Shown: piece by piece, positions 26,076 through 39,049 of the stretch | How the letters are laid out: the number at the start of each line of letters is the position of its first letter | Position numbering within the stretch: position 1 is the first letter of the stretch | NCBI GenBank assembly: GCA_028534125.1 | Contig: CM052818.1 | Span: 33,482,001-33,546,000 of the forward strand | Length of the DNA stretch: 64,000 bases | Reading direction: 5' to 3' | From: Lama glama | Taxonomy: Eukaryota | Position numbers and translations under genes: made by a program | Notes under the pieces: generated by a model | The model's database searches: none | What the model was told of the DNA's origin: nothing | What the model saw: the letters and a program-made list of their open reading frames with translations, nothing else

Positions 26076-26587
26076 CAGTAGTTTCCTGGGGCTCCTGTAA
26101 CAAATTACCACAAACTTAATGGCTTAAACAATACAAATTTAATTTAATTTACAATTCTGGAGGTCAGAAGTCTGACACAGGTCTCACTGGACTAAGGTCA
26201 AGGTGTGTGTAGGAATGCACTCTTTTCTGGAGGCTCTAGGGAAAATCTGTTTTCTTGCCTTTTCTAGCTTCTACAGGCTGCCCACATTCTGGCTCATAGC
26301 CCCTTCCTCCATGTTCAAGGTCGGCAATGGTCGGTGAAGTCTTTCTTATATGGCATCACTCTGACGCTCACTCTTCTGCCTCCCTCTTCCATGTTCTAAG
26401 AACCCTTGTTATTTTTGGCCCCCCAAATGGAAAATTCAAAATAATCTTATTTTAAGGTAGCTTATTAGCCACTTTAATTCCCTATCGCCATATAACATAA
26501 CATAGTCACAGGTTCTGGGGATTAGGAAGTGGACATCCTTGAGGCCGGGTTGGGGCAGGGGGTGGGTGCATAATTCTGCCTACCACA
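26076..26587 (-). mobile_element. MaLR solo LTR (MLT1D-like)
   Basis: GTAACAAATTACCACAAACT...TTCTGGAGGTCAGAAGTC...TTCTGGAGGCTCTAGGG...TTCTGCCTACCACA are MLT1 hallmarks. Confidence 0.85.
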
Positions 26588-27464
26588 GTGATTAAGCTTA
26601 AAGTCAAAAAATCTTATAATACTTAGTTTGGGGGATCACTGAAGCCTATCCATCCATCCTCCACACTTTGTAGATGAGATAATTAAGAGAGGTCAAATGA
26701 CTCACCGCAAATCACACAGCCAGTTAGTGGGAACCCAGGTTTCCCAACCTTTATCTTTCCATTATGTCATTGTACCTCTAACTCTGGCTCATATATATTG
26801 CCTTTTTCATCTACAGTTCATTTAAGTGTTTGTCATCTGCATTCATTAAATGTAAGCTTTGTAAGCTGATAAGGAACAACAACTAAGGGTTTAAATTTTT
26901 CAGGTCGAAAGATGGATATAAAGTAAGGAACAGTAATGAAGATACTAAGTTTAATTGTAACCAGCCTGGACACCCATACCTACACTGTAGAATCACTTTA
27001 GAAATAAAACTACTTCAGTAGCTAAGCCCTCTTGGATGGCATCCAAGTCCATTTCACTTTATATATTACCTTACTGTGTGCCAGACACTGCTAATTCAAT
27101 CAATGAGCAGCCTTTTTTTTACCATTTCTAATTTCAATCCAGTATGAATAGTAAGCTCTATGTACTAATAATTTTTTAATAATCATTAGCTCATCCAACA
27201 TGGCAAACAATGAACAATTATTTAATACCCACTTGTATTTACCACTATTCTCTTCCTTCTTGAGCAATCATCTCTGAAGTTTCATGCTGCAAAGATAAAT
27301 CAAGCCTGTTCTTGTGGAAAATTAAGTCAGATTTCCTCCAAAGACAAATTCTCATGAAAATCCAATAACAGATAATTTTTTTTTAGACATTAGGCTTATA
27401 GACCTTGGTTAATCATGCTTTCACTAATCTTAATTTCTTATGACATGTATCACTAGTTTTTAAA

Positions 27465-28450
27465 TTATTCATTCAATGTATATTTACTGATTTTATACTA
27501 CATATCAGGCACTTCCCTAGGTACAGAGGACACAGCAATGAAAAATAGCCCAAAATCCCTGCCTTATGGAGCCCACATTCTAGTGGAAGAGACAGGCAGT
27601 ATCACTAGAAATAAGTAAAATACACAGTCTGTTCAATAAATGCTAAGGAGGAAAATAAAGCATGAAAGGGAGATGGAAGTAGTACTTTTAAATCATTGGC
27701 CACAGAAAGCCTCACTGAGAAAATGATTTGAGTAAAGACCTAAAGGAAAAAAGGAAGCAAGCCATGCAGATAACCAGAGGAAGAGCATGTGCAAAGGCCC
27801 TGAGGCAGAAGTGGACCTCTTATGACATGAACAATGAGTCCAATATGGCTGAAGAAGAAAATAAGGGTGGAGGGAGAGCAACTGATTATTTAAAGGACAT
27901 TGGGTCATACCTTGGATGAGATGAAAAGCCATTGGAGGGTTTGAGCATATAAGTGACATGGTATGACCCATAAGGGCGGAAGTGAGGCAAGTTCAGAGTT
28001 CATTAGAATAATCCAGGCAAGAAATGATGATAGCTTGAAAACAGTGCAAGTAGGGAGAAGTGAGCATCTTCTGATTGTATTTTGAAGGTAAAGCAGACAG
28101 GATTTACTGAGGAGTACGAGCTAGGTCAAGGATTACCCCAAGTTCTATGACCTCTGCAAGCGGAAGGGGAAATTGGCGTTTGCTGAGATGGAGAAGATTG
28201 TGACAGAGCAAGTTGGGTAGGGAGAGGGCAGTATCAGGAGTTCACAGTGGACATGTGAGATTTGAGGTGCCTGTTAGACGTCCAGCTGACACAGTCAAGA
28301 AGACAGATATATGAGTTCAGAGTTCAGAAGAGAGATCTAGCTGGAGATATAAATTTGAGAGTCATCAGTGTATAGATGGTATTTAAAGCCATGAGGCAGG
28401 ATGAGATCACTGAGGTCTGGGCTCTTAGGGCACTCCACATTGAGAGGATA
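27465..28450 (-). mobile_element. L2 LINE fragment
   Basis: ATTCATTCAA..TATTTACTGA 3' end; GGAGATATAAATTTGAGAGTCATCAG..TAGATGGTATTTAAAGCCATGAG. Confidence 0.8.
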
Positions 28451-29970
28451 CGTTTTACATAATTTATCTCTTGTCTCCCAGTCTCTCTGTACCCCTAAAA
28501 TTTGCTTTGAGACAAGCTTGATACAAACCCATGTTTACATTTCCATGGCAATAGACTATGATGTCAACTAAAACCCTATGTTATCCTTTTACATGCTCCA
28601 ATTAAAAGTGATGGCTGGAGAGATAAGGCTCATGTTCAACCAAGCATCTAAATTTAATCCTTGGCAAGTCAGGAAATGATTGCTTAATTCTCAAAAGATT
28701 TTAATTGGATGGTGGCATAAGTAAATTTAGAAGCTTTTGGATCCAAAGTGGATGAAACATTGGACCTGGATTACTTCTTGAAAAAAAGTCCAAAATTTTA
28801 TACTGTATCTAGAAAAGATTATATGTGTTTGACATATTGCAGTACCCTCTAACCTGCCTTCCACCAGAAGCCTCTTGACCTATCATATTTAGAACAGAAA
28901 CATCTCTTTGGCAGTCACATTTTCAGGAAAGTAAAAGCCAAAGGAGTATCTAAGAAGTATCATGCATTCCCAAAATTAGAGGAATATAATAGCATCCTTC
29001 ATTATTCTTTCTACTCCTTAAATGGGCCTTGAAACTTGCTTATCGGTTACCAATCAATTTTTAAATTAGTATTTCATTAAACATGTTTCTGTCAACTGAA
29101 TTCCCTCAATTCAAAAGAAATCATTTGCGGGAAATTTTCTGATTTGGGTCCCTTCAAAGAAAATATATGTTAGTAAGTAAATTACATATGACAAAGAAAG
29201 AGCACCTGTTATTTGGTATTACTAAGCAGTGCTGTTAGCGGTCTGTTCCTTTGCTAGCTCTTCACGCCCTGCTGCCTGCATTCTAGGGAGAGCAAGGTGA
29301 GGTGGGCTTTGTGATGAATGTTGCTCCACTATTTTGATAACTTGTATATAATATTGAAATACTGAGACTGTGCTAACTGCCTAGGGTACTGCAAATAATA
29401 TAACATGGTCATTGCACTTGAGGAACTTATAGTCCAAGGAAGAAGGCAGACACGAAGACAGATCACTGTAGTACAGTGTGGTAAGTACCTGCAGGTTCTG
29501 TGGGAGCACAAGGGAAAGTTTCTGAATAAGATGCCTCCTGAGCCAAGTCTTGAAAATTAGCAGGTGCTAACCCAGCAAAAAAGGGGAAGGAGTTCTTACT
29601 GGCCAGTTGGGATAATATGCAGGAGCAAAGTCATGGATGTGCATGGGTGTCCTGGGGCCAGCAGCCGCTCGGTCTGCATACTGTACACTGAGCATCAGAT
29701 GTGAGGTGCTGATGAAAAGCCTCATCAGCCATGCTAAGGTGCTTAGGTTTTATTCCATAGGCCCTGGGAGCCAGTGGAGGGTTCAAAGTACAGGAATGAC
29801 ATGGTCAGATTTGTATTTCACAAAGGCAGATTTAAAAGAAGGCAATGTTTTGAATGTATCAGAAGCATTCTCCTTGAAGACAAGGAGACCCAGTTGAAAG
29901 GTAAAACTCTTCACAAGAGTTCATGAGGGCCTGAACCAGGACAGTAGTGATGGGGACAAAGAAGAGGGAA

Positions 29971-30094
29971 GGGGGAGGGTAGAGCTCAGTGGTAGAGCAT
30001 GTGCTTAGCATGCATGAGGTCCTGGGTTCAATCTCCAGTACCTCCATTAGAAAACGGAAAAGAAATTACAATTTTAAAAACTTTTTTTTAAAAA
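29971..30094 (+). mobile_element. tRNA-derived SINE (camelid Vic-1-like)
   Basis: GGGGGAGGGTAGAGCTCAGTGGTAGAG...GGTTCAATCTCC with Pol III A/B boxes, A-rich tail, and probable TSD AAGAGGGAA (29962-29970 / 30095-30103). Confidence 0.88.
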
Positions 30095-30964
30095 AAGAGG
30101 GAAAATGTCAAAGAAATATTTAGAGAGTAAAAGAGCAGAAAACATCTGTTAATTAAAAAGGGCATTAATCAACATCTGCTCTCTGGGCCTTAATGAGCAA
30201 AACTCTGCCACTGACAGCTTTCTCAAATTGACAAGACCTGGAAAGCAAAGTTCTTGGAAAGAACCATTTTATGGAACAAAAGAATTCTATGCTTCATGCT
30301 TTTTAGCAAGAGGAAAAGATTATATTCCTTAAAAATCAAAATAAATGTTATCAAATAATTAAAAGGCAATCAAATCCTCTCGGTGGATGGGGGGGGATGC
30401 TAAATTTGGTTTTGAGACTGAAGAAAAATATTGATATGCTTTTATAACTGTAATAGAGAAGTTAATGACAAATTTAACTCAGGAAATTCACAACTATTTC
30501 TTGAAGATAGTGAAAGCAAGACGGAAGATGTTAAACATACGAATACACTTTAAAAAACAGAAACTACGCAAACTCAACCACCCATGTAACAAAGATATTT
30601 ATAATGTAGCCAAGGTGTTGTGGGAGAACTTAAATACCGCGAAACTAGAGTAGGAAAGAACCTGGGTTCATTTCTGTTTTGTGCCCTGTTCATTTTAATT
30701 ATTGGAAACAGGGCTGGGAAGAGTTAAGTGATTTGCCCCAGCAAATACCTGTTATTGTTGGAGCCAGGATTAAAACTTGTATCTCTTGATTCTCAAATAC
30801 TAACACATTATTGTGAAGATTAGAGTAGCATATCAGAAGTTTGACATATATTTGCAAGAGATAAGAAGATGTTTAAAAGTGCTACTAGGGAGCAGTTTCC
30901 TTGGGGTAGAGGGGAGCAAATGCAGCTGTCTGCATTAGTGGACTTAATATTGTCATGCAGAATT

Positions 30965-31600
30965 TTTTTTTAGATTTTTTTATCATAGTAAAATATACTC
31001 AACATAAAATTTATTGTTTTAACCATTTCAAGTGTTCGGGTCAGTGGCATTAAGTGTGTTCACAGTATTATACAACCATCACCACCATCCATCTCCAGAA
31101 CTTTTTTCATCTTCCCAAACAGAAACTCTCTACCCATTTAAACACGAACTCCCTGTCCTCCCTCCCCCCAGGCCCTTCAACCACCATTCTACTTTTTCCT
31201 CTATGAATTTGACATCTCTAGCTGCTACTTGTAAGTGGAATCATGTAGTATTTGTCATTTTGTGACTAGCTTATTTCACTTAGCATAATATCTTCAAGGT
31301 TTACCAGTGTTGCAGTATGTGTCAGAATGTCCTTCCTTTTAAAGGCTGAATAATATTCCACTGTGTGTATAGACCACATTTTGCTTATCCATTCATCCAT
31401 CAATGGACATTGGGTTGCTTCCACCTTTTGGCTATTGTGAATAATACTGCTGTAAAACATGAGTATACAAATATCTGTTCAAGTCCTTGTTTTCAATTCT
31501 ATTGGATATATATCCAGAAGTCAAGTTGCTGGATCATATGGTAATTTTCTTTCATTTTTTGAGGAGCCACCATATTAGTCTGCATAGCAGTAGTACCACT
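30965..31600 (-). mobile_element. L1 3' end (L1MA/MB-like)
   Basis: Reverse-complement similarity to the 8950-9450 part of the L1 in this window (CCATTCATCCATCAATGGAC..TTGGGTTGCTTCCACCTTTTGGC). Confidence 0.85.
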
Positions 31601-32792
31601 TTTCCATTTTGTATCTTGCATTTTTTTAAACTGCCCACCCTTTATCTTAGCCATTTAAGCCTCCTTTTCCTATTCCAGTTTATTTTGTGAGTTTTTTGTC
31701 TCCTATTTTTAGCTCCTGCTAGTAATCCCTCTTTTATGTCCTCTTAGGCAATTATGTGTCCCCATGTGCACGCATACGTGTTGTGTCTAAGTGTATGTTT
31801 GGCGGAGGGGTGGATGTCTTTGCAGAAGAGGAGCTCAGTAAACCTTACACCTTCTCCACTGCCCCAAACTCAACACAACATTGCTGTCACCACTCTGTTA
31901 CTTGGAGACACCAAATTTATTGATTCACTGTCCTAAATTTATACCTTTAAGTTGATTCCCTTTGCTATGATGAACTTCTTTGAACACTTATCTTTTGGAC
32001 TTGTGTCTTTCCTTAGGGAAATTCCTAGAGGTAGAATTACTAGATCAACGGAAATAACATTTTTTAAATGTTTGTAATGTATTGCCAATTTGCCTTCATA
32101 AAAAGTGCTGTGAAACACACTCCCACTAGCAATGTGAGAAACACCTATTTCCTAGAAAACTAACACATTGCCAGTTGGAAAGGTGAACAGTGTTATCTCC
32201 TGTTTTGATACTAGAGAGATTGAGTTTTTACTCAGGTGTTTGTTGGTTGTTTGTATTTCTTCTTTCATGATTGCCCATCCATGTGTCCTTTGTCCATTTT
32301 TCTGTTGGCTGCCCCTTAAGATTTTTAAATGAGAGTATTCAGAGAAAAACTAACAGAGTCTAGTATAAAAGAGAGTTCTATAAGGCAGAACCATAAAATT
32401 GAGTCTTAAAACTCCAGCCAGCATAAAACACTGTGGACGTGAGGAAGAGAAAGGTTTCAACACTGGCTGCCAATTAGAATCGTTAAACCAGACTTCTGGC
32501 ATTGGGGCCCAGGCATCAGTATTTTTTAAATAAATTCCCTTCATAGATTCTGATGTGCCGCCAGGGTGGAGAACAAGTGATTTATCAGTAAAAGCAGGGG
32601 CTATGAAGTAGTGTGAATGTGGCAACACTATAGTAATCGGGAGAAATCACCCTTTGAGAGAATGATAGGGTTATTCCTGACTCTGAGGAGCCATATTTGT
32701 CACAAATGAGCACATCAGTTTATAAGTAGCACCATACCTGGTTATACAGTCTCTCAGCTCTGATAATACAAAGCATTAACACCTGACATGCT

Positions 32793-32814
32793 GTGTCACG
32801 TGACACCATCCAAT
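32793..32814. promoter_or_regulatory. Palindromic E-box/CLEAR motif with adjacent CCAAT
   Basis: GTGTCACGTGACAC (32793-32806) followed by CCAAT (32810-32814). Motif match only. Confidence 0.4.
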
Positions 32815-33711
32815 GGCTATCAGTTCTTGAATTATGTGAGTTCCGCTCAGGACAGTTACCTCCTTGTTAAGTAGCTGGATCTTCCTCCATTTTGACAGTG
32901 AGCATACAGTGTTAACACCTGACTGTAAGCTCAGGAGGACCGGGTCCTGATGTCCCCAGAACCTCAGCACAAAGCCTAGAATATAGTAAGCATGACAAAT
33001 GTGTGCTGACAGTGGACTGAGTATCCCAAAACTGGTCTGAGATGATTCCAGTGTATTTCTTCCATAGTTACACTGAGTCAAAATCCACCTCATTGGATAC
33101 AATTTTAATTACATTAGTATTTTCCACATAGTGATGAGTTACCCTTTTGTTGTATGATCTTTAACGACAAGATTTCTTCTTCCTTATGATCTTAAATTCT
33201 TCATATGAACATTTTAAATATCTCCATCTATCTTACTTTACTTTCTTCACAGTTTTTATAGTACCAGCTTGACTTGGGGGCATTTCTCATATTTCTGCAG
33301 AAGACAGTTGTAAATTATCTTTGTATATGGTTAACTTGTTTTCTAAATTAAACTTGGAGGTTTTGTTTCTTTTGTTTGGGATTTTTTGTTTTGTTTTGTT
33401 TTGTTTGGGAGTGTTTTGATCTTGATTTGTTTCCCAAATATATCACATATTAGATACCAGCTTTTCCTCTGTGATCAACAGTATTTTCTAACGCAATTCT
33501 TCCATATATTGCAGAAAGTAATTTGTGCAACAGTTTTTAAATGTTCTTTACATATTATATTTTATATCTGGATTTTTACCACTGGTTTAAAATGTTATAA
33601 TCTATAGACTGTGGTAGCAATAATATTGATTTTTTCCTAAATTACAAGTCTTCATTTTCAAGAGAGAAATACATATCTAAATTTTCAGTTATCTAAATTT
33701 TCAAACAAGTA

Positions 33712-33918
33712 CAGTTGACCCTTGAACAATGCAGGGGTTGGGGTACCAACCCCGTACGATCAAAAATTCACAAATAACTTAACAGTCATCCTCCACATCC
33801 ACAGTTCCACATCCGTGGATTCCACCAACCACAGATCATGTAGCCCTGTAGTACATATTTAGTGAAAATATCTGGGTATAAGTGGACCCACACAGTTCAA
33901 ACCAGTTGTTCAAAAGTT
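33712..33918. mobile_element. Tigger2-derived MITE (MER8-like)
   Basis: TA then CAGTTGACCCTTGAACAA terminus; degenerate inverted end TTGTTCAAAAGTT. Confidence 0.75.
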
Positions 33919-33959
33919 CTTTAAGCTAGCCTGATAAAAATTATAAGCAGATCTTTGGT

Positions 33960-35700
33960 AAGGCATACCTCATTTTATTAAGCTTCACAGATAGTATTTT
34001 TTTCATAAATGGAAGGTTTGTGTCAACCCTGCATTGAAAAAGTCTATCAGCACTAATTTTCCAACAGCATTTGCTCACTTTGTGTCTCTCTGTCATATTT
34101 TGGTAATTCATGCAATATTTCAAACTTTTTCTTTAATATTGTATTTGTTATGGTGACCTGTGATCAGCGATCTTTGATGTTACTATTATAATTGTTTTGA
34201 GCACACCCATCTAGGACTTTGAACTTACTAAATGTCGTATGTGTTCTGACTGTTCCACTGACTGGCTGTTCCCCCCATCTCTCTCCCTATCCTCGGGCCT
34301 CCCTATTCCCTGAGACACAACAATACTGAAATTAGGCTAATTAATAACCCTACAGTGGCCTCCAAGTGTTCAAGTGAAGGAAAGAGTCACACATCTCTCG
34401 GTTTAAATCAAAAGCTAGAAATGTTTAGGCTTAGTGAGGAAGGCATGTGGAAAGCAGAGATAAGTTGAAAGCTAGGCTTCTTGCGCCAAAGAGTTAACCA
34501 AGTTGTGAATGCAAAGGAAAAGTTCTTGAAGGAAATTAATATTCCTCCTCCAGTGAACACAGGAATGATAAGAAAGCAAAACAGCCTATTGCTGATACAG
34601 AGAAAGTTTCAGTGGTCTGGACAGAAGATCAAACCAGCCACAACCTTCCCTTAAGCTAAAGCCTAATCCAGAGCAAGGTCCCAACTCTCTTCAATTCTGT
34701 GTAGGCTGAGAGAGGAGAGGAAGCTGCAGAAGAAATGTCTGAAGCTAGCAGAAGCTGGTTCCTGAGGTTTAAGGAAAGAAGCCATCTCCATAACATCAAA
34801 GTGCAAGGTGAAGCAGCAGGTGCTGATGTAGAAGCTGCAGCAAGTGATCCAGAAGATCTAAGATCATTAGTGAAGGTGGCCACACTAACAACAGATTTTC
34901 AATGTAGATGAAACAGCCTTATATTAGAAGATGCCATCTAAGACTTGTATTGCCAGAGAAAAGAAGTCAATGCCTGGCTTCAAAGGACAGGCTGACTCTC
35001 TTGTTAGGGGTTAATGCAGCTGGCAACTTAAACTTGAAGCCAGTGCTCATTTACCATTCTAGGGTCCTTAAGATTTATGCTAAATCTACTCTGGCTGTAC
35101 TCGTTAAATGGAACAACAAAGCCTGGGTGACAACACATCTGTTTACAACATGGTTTAACTGAATATTTTAAGCTCACTATTGAGACCTACTGTTCAGAAA
35201 AAAAAAATCCCTTTCAGAATATTACTGCTTATCGACATGCACCTGGTCATCCAAGAGGTCTGATGGAGATGTACAATGGGGGTTAATGTTGTTTGCATGC
35301 CATCTAACACAATAGCCATTCTGCAGCCCATGGATCAAGGAGTAATTTCAACTTTTACATCTTACTATTTACTAAAGGCACTCTCATAGGCTATACCTGC
35401 CATAGAGAGTGGTTCCTTTGATGAATCTGGGCAAAGTTAATTGAAAACCTTCTGGAGAGGATTCACCATTCTAGATGTTATTAAGAACATTTGTGATTCA
35501 TGGGAAGAAGTCAAAATATCAGCATTAACAGAAGTTTAGATGAAGTTGATTCCAACCCTCATGGATGACTTGGGTTCAAAATTCAGTGGAGGAAGTAACT
35601 GCAGATGTGATAGAAACAGCAGGAGAACTAGAATTAGAAGTGGAGCCTGAAAATGTGACTGAATTGCTGCAGTCTCATGATAAAACTTGTATGAATGAGG
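33960..35700 (+). mobile_element. Tigger1 (TcMar/pogo) DNA transposon, 3'-truncated, dead transposase
   Basis: Left terminus AGGCATACCTC; transposase remnants from about 34355 (e.g. [33 protein letters not shown]) broken by stops and frameshifts; no right TIR seen. Confidence 0.92.
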
Positions 35701-36994
35701 TGTGTCTCTTATCAATAGCACATAGCTGGATTTTAGTCTTTTGTTGGTTTTATTTATTTTTTATGACTGATATTTTTTGGTTTTTTATCTGGAGAATATA
35801 ATCCATCCACATTTAATGTGAGTTCTGATGTATTTGGATTAATTTCAAACATGCTGTCTTATAATAAACTACCCTTTAGAATACTATTTCTCAAACAATT
35901 AAGGCCGTAGAACACAAGTAAGTCAGGAGACTTTTTGTGGAGTACCATAGGATATTATGCTTAAGTTAACTATATTCATATTTCACATGGAATTACCTTC
36001 TCTCTTCTTTTAGATTATAGTTTACACAAAGAGTAGTGTACCCAAAGGTTTAAGAAGAAAAACTTTAATTTGAGAATATTCTGTCCATCAACATAATTCC
36101 TTCTAGAGTCTAGGGAGAGGAGCACCATTATTTGGTCTTTCCATCTTAATGTCTTAGTTCAGCTTACAAAACTCCAGTGTTATTCAAAAGCACAGCTACC
36201 AGAAATTACACAAGAAGTTATAAAAACATGAAATATAAATAGGTACAAGGGACATAAAGTACATTTATGTGTAATATAATGGGTTTTGGACTCAGACCAA
36301 CCTTGGTTTGAATCCTGGCTCTGCAGTCTTTTACTGGGTGAACTTGGGTATGTTTTTTAATCTAATTCTCATTCTCCTTATCTGTGAAATGGAGATGAGA
36401 ATAATAACCTTTTCATGGGGTTATTGTAAGGATTAAGTGATTTAGTGGTCATAAGGTGCTTAGTGCAGTATTTATCTTGTGATAAGCACTCAGAAATGGT
36501 ATCTGGCACTATTAATGTATTTTATATTTTAACAAATGTTTATCGGACACATGGTGTGTGTAGGCACAGTCATAGGCCATAGTGATATAGAAGCCAACGT
36601 GATACAGACTGTGAGAGAAACATGCATGGATTGCTAGGGAGTAGAGGTAGGGCAACTAACCCACACTGTTACATTTGGACTCTTGGAGGAAGTAATATCT
36701 GAATTGAATTTTTAAAGGATGCATATAGAGTTGCTCAGGAAAAAAGTAGGGGGGAAATTTTCCAGGCATAGGGAATAGGATATGCAAAGAGAGTTGAAAT
36801 ACAAATAAGATTTTAAGAATGGACATTCTTTCCTGTAACATCACTTAGTGCCACAGTCAAAAGAAGTGGAGGAATGGAATGAACTAAGTCGTTTTTAGTA
36901 GAGAATGTATTTTTATGCTCATGTGAATAATATTAAACAAATATTTGTCTTTCATAGCTACCGACTGCCCAATATTAAAGTCAAATTTGAGAGA

Positions 36995-37740
36995 AAATAT
37001 ATGTAAAATATATAAAGAACTTATACAATAGGAAAAAATCCAATTTAAAGATGGGCAGAAGTTCTGAATGGACATTTTTCCAAAGAATACATATAGATGC
37101 CCAATAGATTCATGAAAAGATGCTCAGCATCACTAATCATCAGGGGAATGTAAATCAAAACCACAATGAGATATCACTTCACACCTGTTAGAATGACTGT
37201 TATCAAAAAGACAAGAAATAGTAAGAGAGAAAAGGGAACCATTGTGCACTGTTGGTGGGATTGTAAATCGGTATATCCACTATGAAAAACAGAATGGAGA
37301 CTCCTCAAAAAGTTAAATATAGAACAACCTAAGTGTCCATTGATGCATGAATGGATAAAGAAAATAAGGTGTGTATATATACAAAGGATATTATTCCATC
37401 ATAAGAAAAGAAGACAAGCTTGCCATTTGCGACAACATAGATGGATCTTGAGGGCATTACGCTATGTGAAATATGTCAGACAGATAAAGACAAATACCAT
37501 TTGATTTCACTTATATGTGTAATCTTTTTTTAAAAAATTTTTTTAATTTAAAAGCTAAGCTAATAGATACAGAGAACAGATTGGTGGTTGCCAGAGGGGA
37601 ATTCAGGGATGGGCAAAATGGGTAAAGGGGGTCAAAAGGAACAAACTTCTAGCTACAAAATAAGTCACGGGGATGTAACGTACAGCAGGGTGACCATAGT
37701 TAATGATACTATATTGCTAATAGATCTTGAAAGTTTTCTT
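36995..37740 (+). mobile_element. L1 3' end with internal deletion (L1MA-like)
   Basis: ATGAAAAGATGCTCAGCATCACTAATCATCAGGG..AAATCAAAACCACAATGAGATATCAC. Confidence 0.85.
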
Positions 37741-38163
37741 GAAAAGAAGGAACTGAGAGAAAGCTGATTATCAAGCAAAGTAGCACAGTATGGTTTAAAG
37801 ACCATAGCAATGGATAAGACCAGAATGAAAGTTTAGGCTCATCCACCTAACAGCTAGGTACATATTGATAAGCCATTACTTTTTTGAATTCTCACTTTCT
37901 TCCTAAAACAGAGATGATGATATTCCTACCCTAACCCATCTTACAAATCTATTGTGAAGGTCAAATACAATATAATCAGTTCTTGATTATTCAGGATGAT
38001 GGGATGTGAAAGAGGCATGAGCACCAAAACCCAAACCTAGCAGATAAATTTTAAAATTTAATAATTGATTCCAGAATACATTATTTTTTGTATGCTGATT
38101 TAGCCTTCTAATTATATTTTGCTTAGGATAAAAATAATTCCATTTATATTTCTTTTACCTACA

Positions 38164-38177
38164 CCAGCAGATGGCAG
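38164..38177 (+). promoter_or_regulatory. CTCF consensus motif
   Basis: CCAGCAGATGGCAG matches CCASYAGRKGGCRS at every position. Motif match only. Confidence 0.5.
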
Positions 38178-38768
38178 GAAGCAAAGGCTTAGAGATAATT
38201 ACAATGTGATGACAGAGCCATTCTGAAATTTAAAATTTACTATAATTAATTGGCAAAACAGAAAATAAAATATTGGTTTTATAGTTATTTGTCACTATTC
38301 ATACTTTGCTTGTCTTCTTTGATGAATTAAAATGTTTTTCACCAGGAACTTCAATAAATGCTTTAGTCCATACAACTATTTCTGCTCCTTTTTTCTGCAT
38401 CCTGATTTTCCCACATACCTTTATGCCATCCTATAGCTGTCAATCCCCACTCACTAACCTCCATACACATATATTTGTATTTCCCCCGTCTTCTCTTGCA
38501 ACTTGTAATCCAAAATTAGCTCACTCTACACTTCCCTATCCAAGCTCCTATTCTTTCTCCAGGACTTTTCTTAGCTAGGAGTAAGGAGGTATATATAATT
38601 ATTCAAAAAGATTAGTGGATGTTAGCTGGTATTTTAATTCTTAAATGTATTTTTAATATTTTGACCTATATACCTCTCCTGGTGCCTTCTGTACTCAGTC
38701 CTACATCCCACACTGGAAGAATGAAGAAGGATGTGAACCCTTCTTGTCCCTATTATTCTGACCATATT

Positions 38769-38892
38769 TGGGAGGGGAGGGAATTAGGGTTCTTTTTTTT
38801 TTTTTTGATTTTTTAATGGAGGTACTGGGGATTGAACCCAGGACCTCATGCATGCTAAGCATGCACTCTACCACTGAGCTATACCCTCCCCC
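38769..38892 (-). mobile_element. tRNA-derived SINE (camelid Vic-1-like)
   Basis: Near-identical head to the 29971 copy on the opposite strand; A-rich tail then CCCTAATTCCCTCCCC; TSD TGACCATATT (38759-38768 / 38893-38902). Confidence 0.9.
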
Positions 38893-39049
38893 TGACCATA
38901 TTGGTTTAATAACCATTCTACTTGGGCTACAGTCATACACAGCACTTTTCCCTGCTCTCACTTCATGGTATAATTTGTCGTGTACATGGGCATCTGTCAT
39001 CCCACCTATCTAAGTGTCTTTTAAGGTACAGACCATTCATTCAAAAATA

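Noticed and set aside
29971..30047. tRNA-like gene (also at about 38815-38892)
   Set aside because: Multiple dispersed copies with A-rich tails and TSDs indicate a SINE rather than a functional tRNA.
34355..35700. Possible domesticated Tigger transposase gene
   Set aside because: No ATG at the expected start, multiple stops and frameshifts, 3' truncation.
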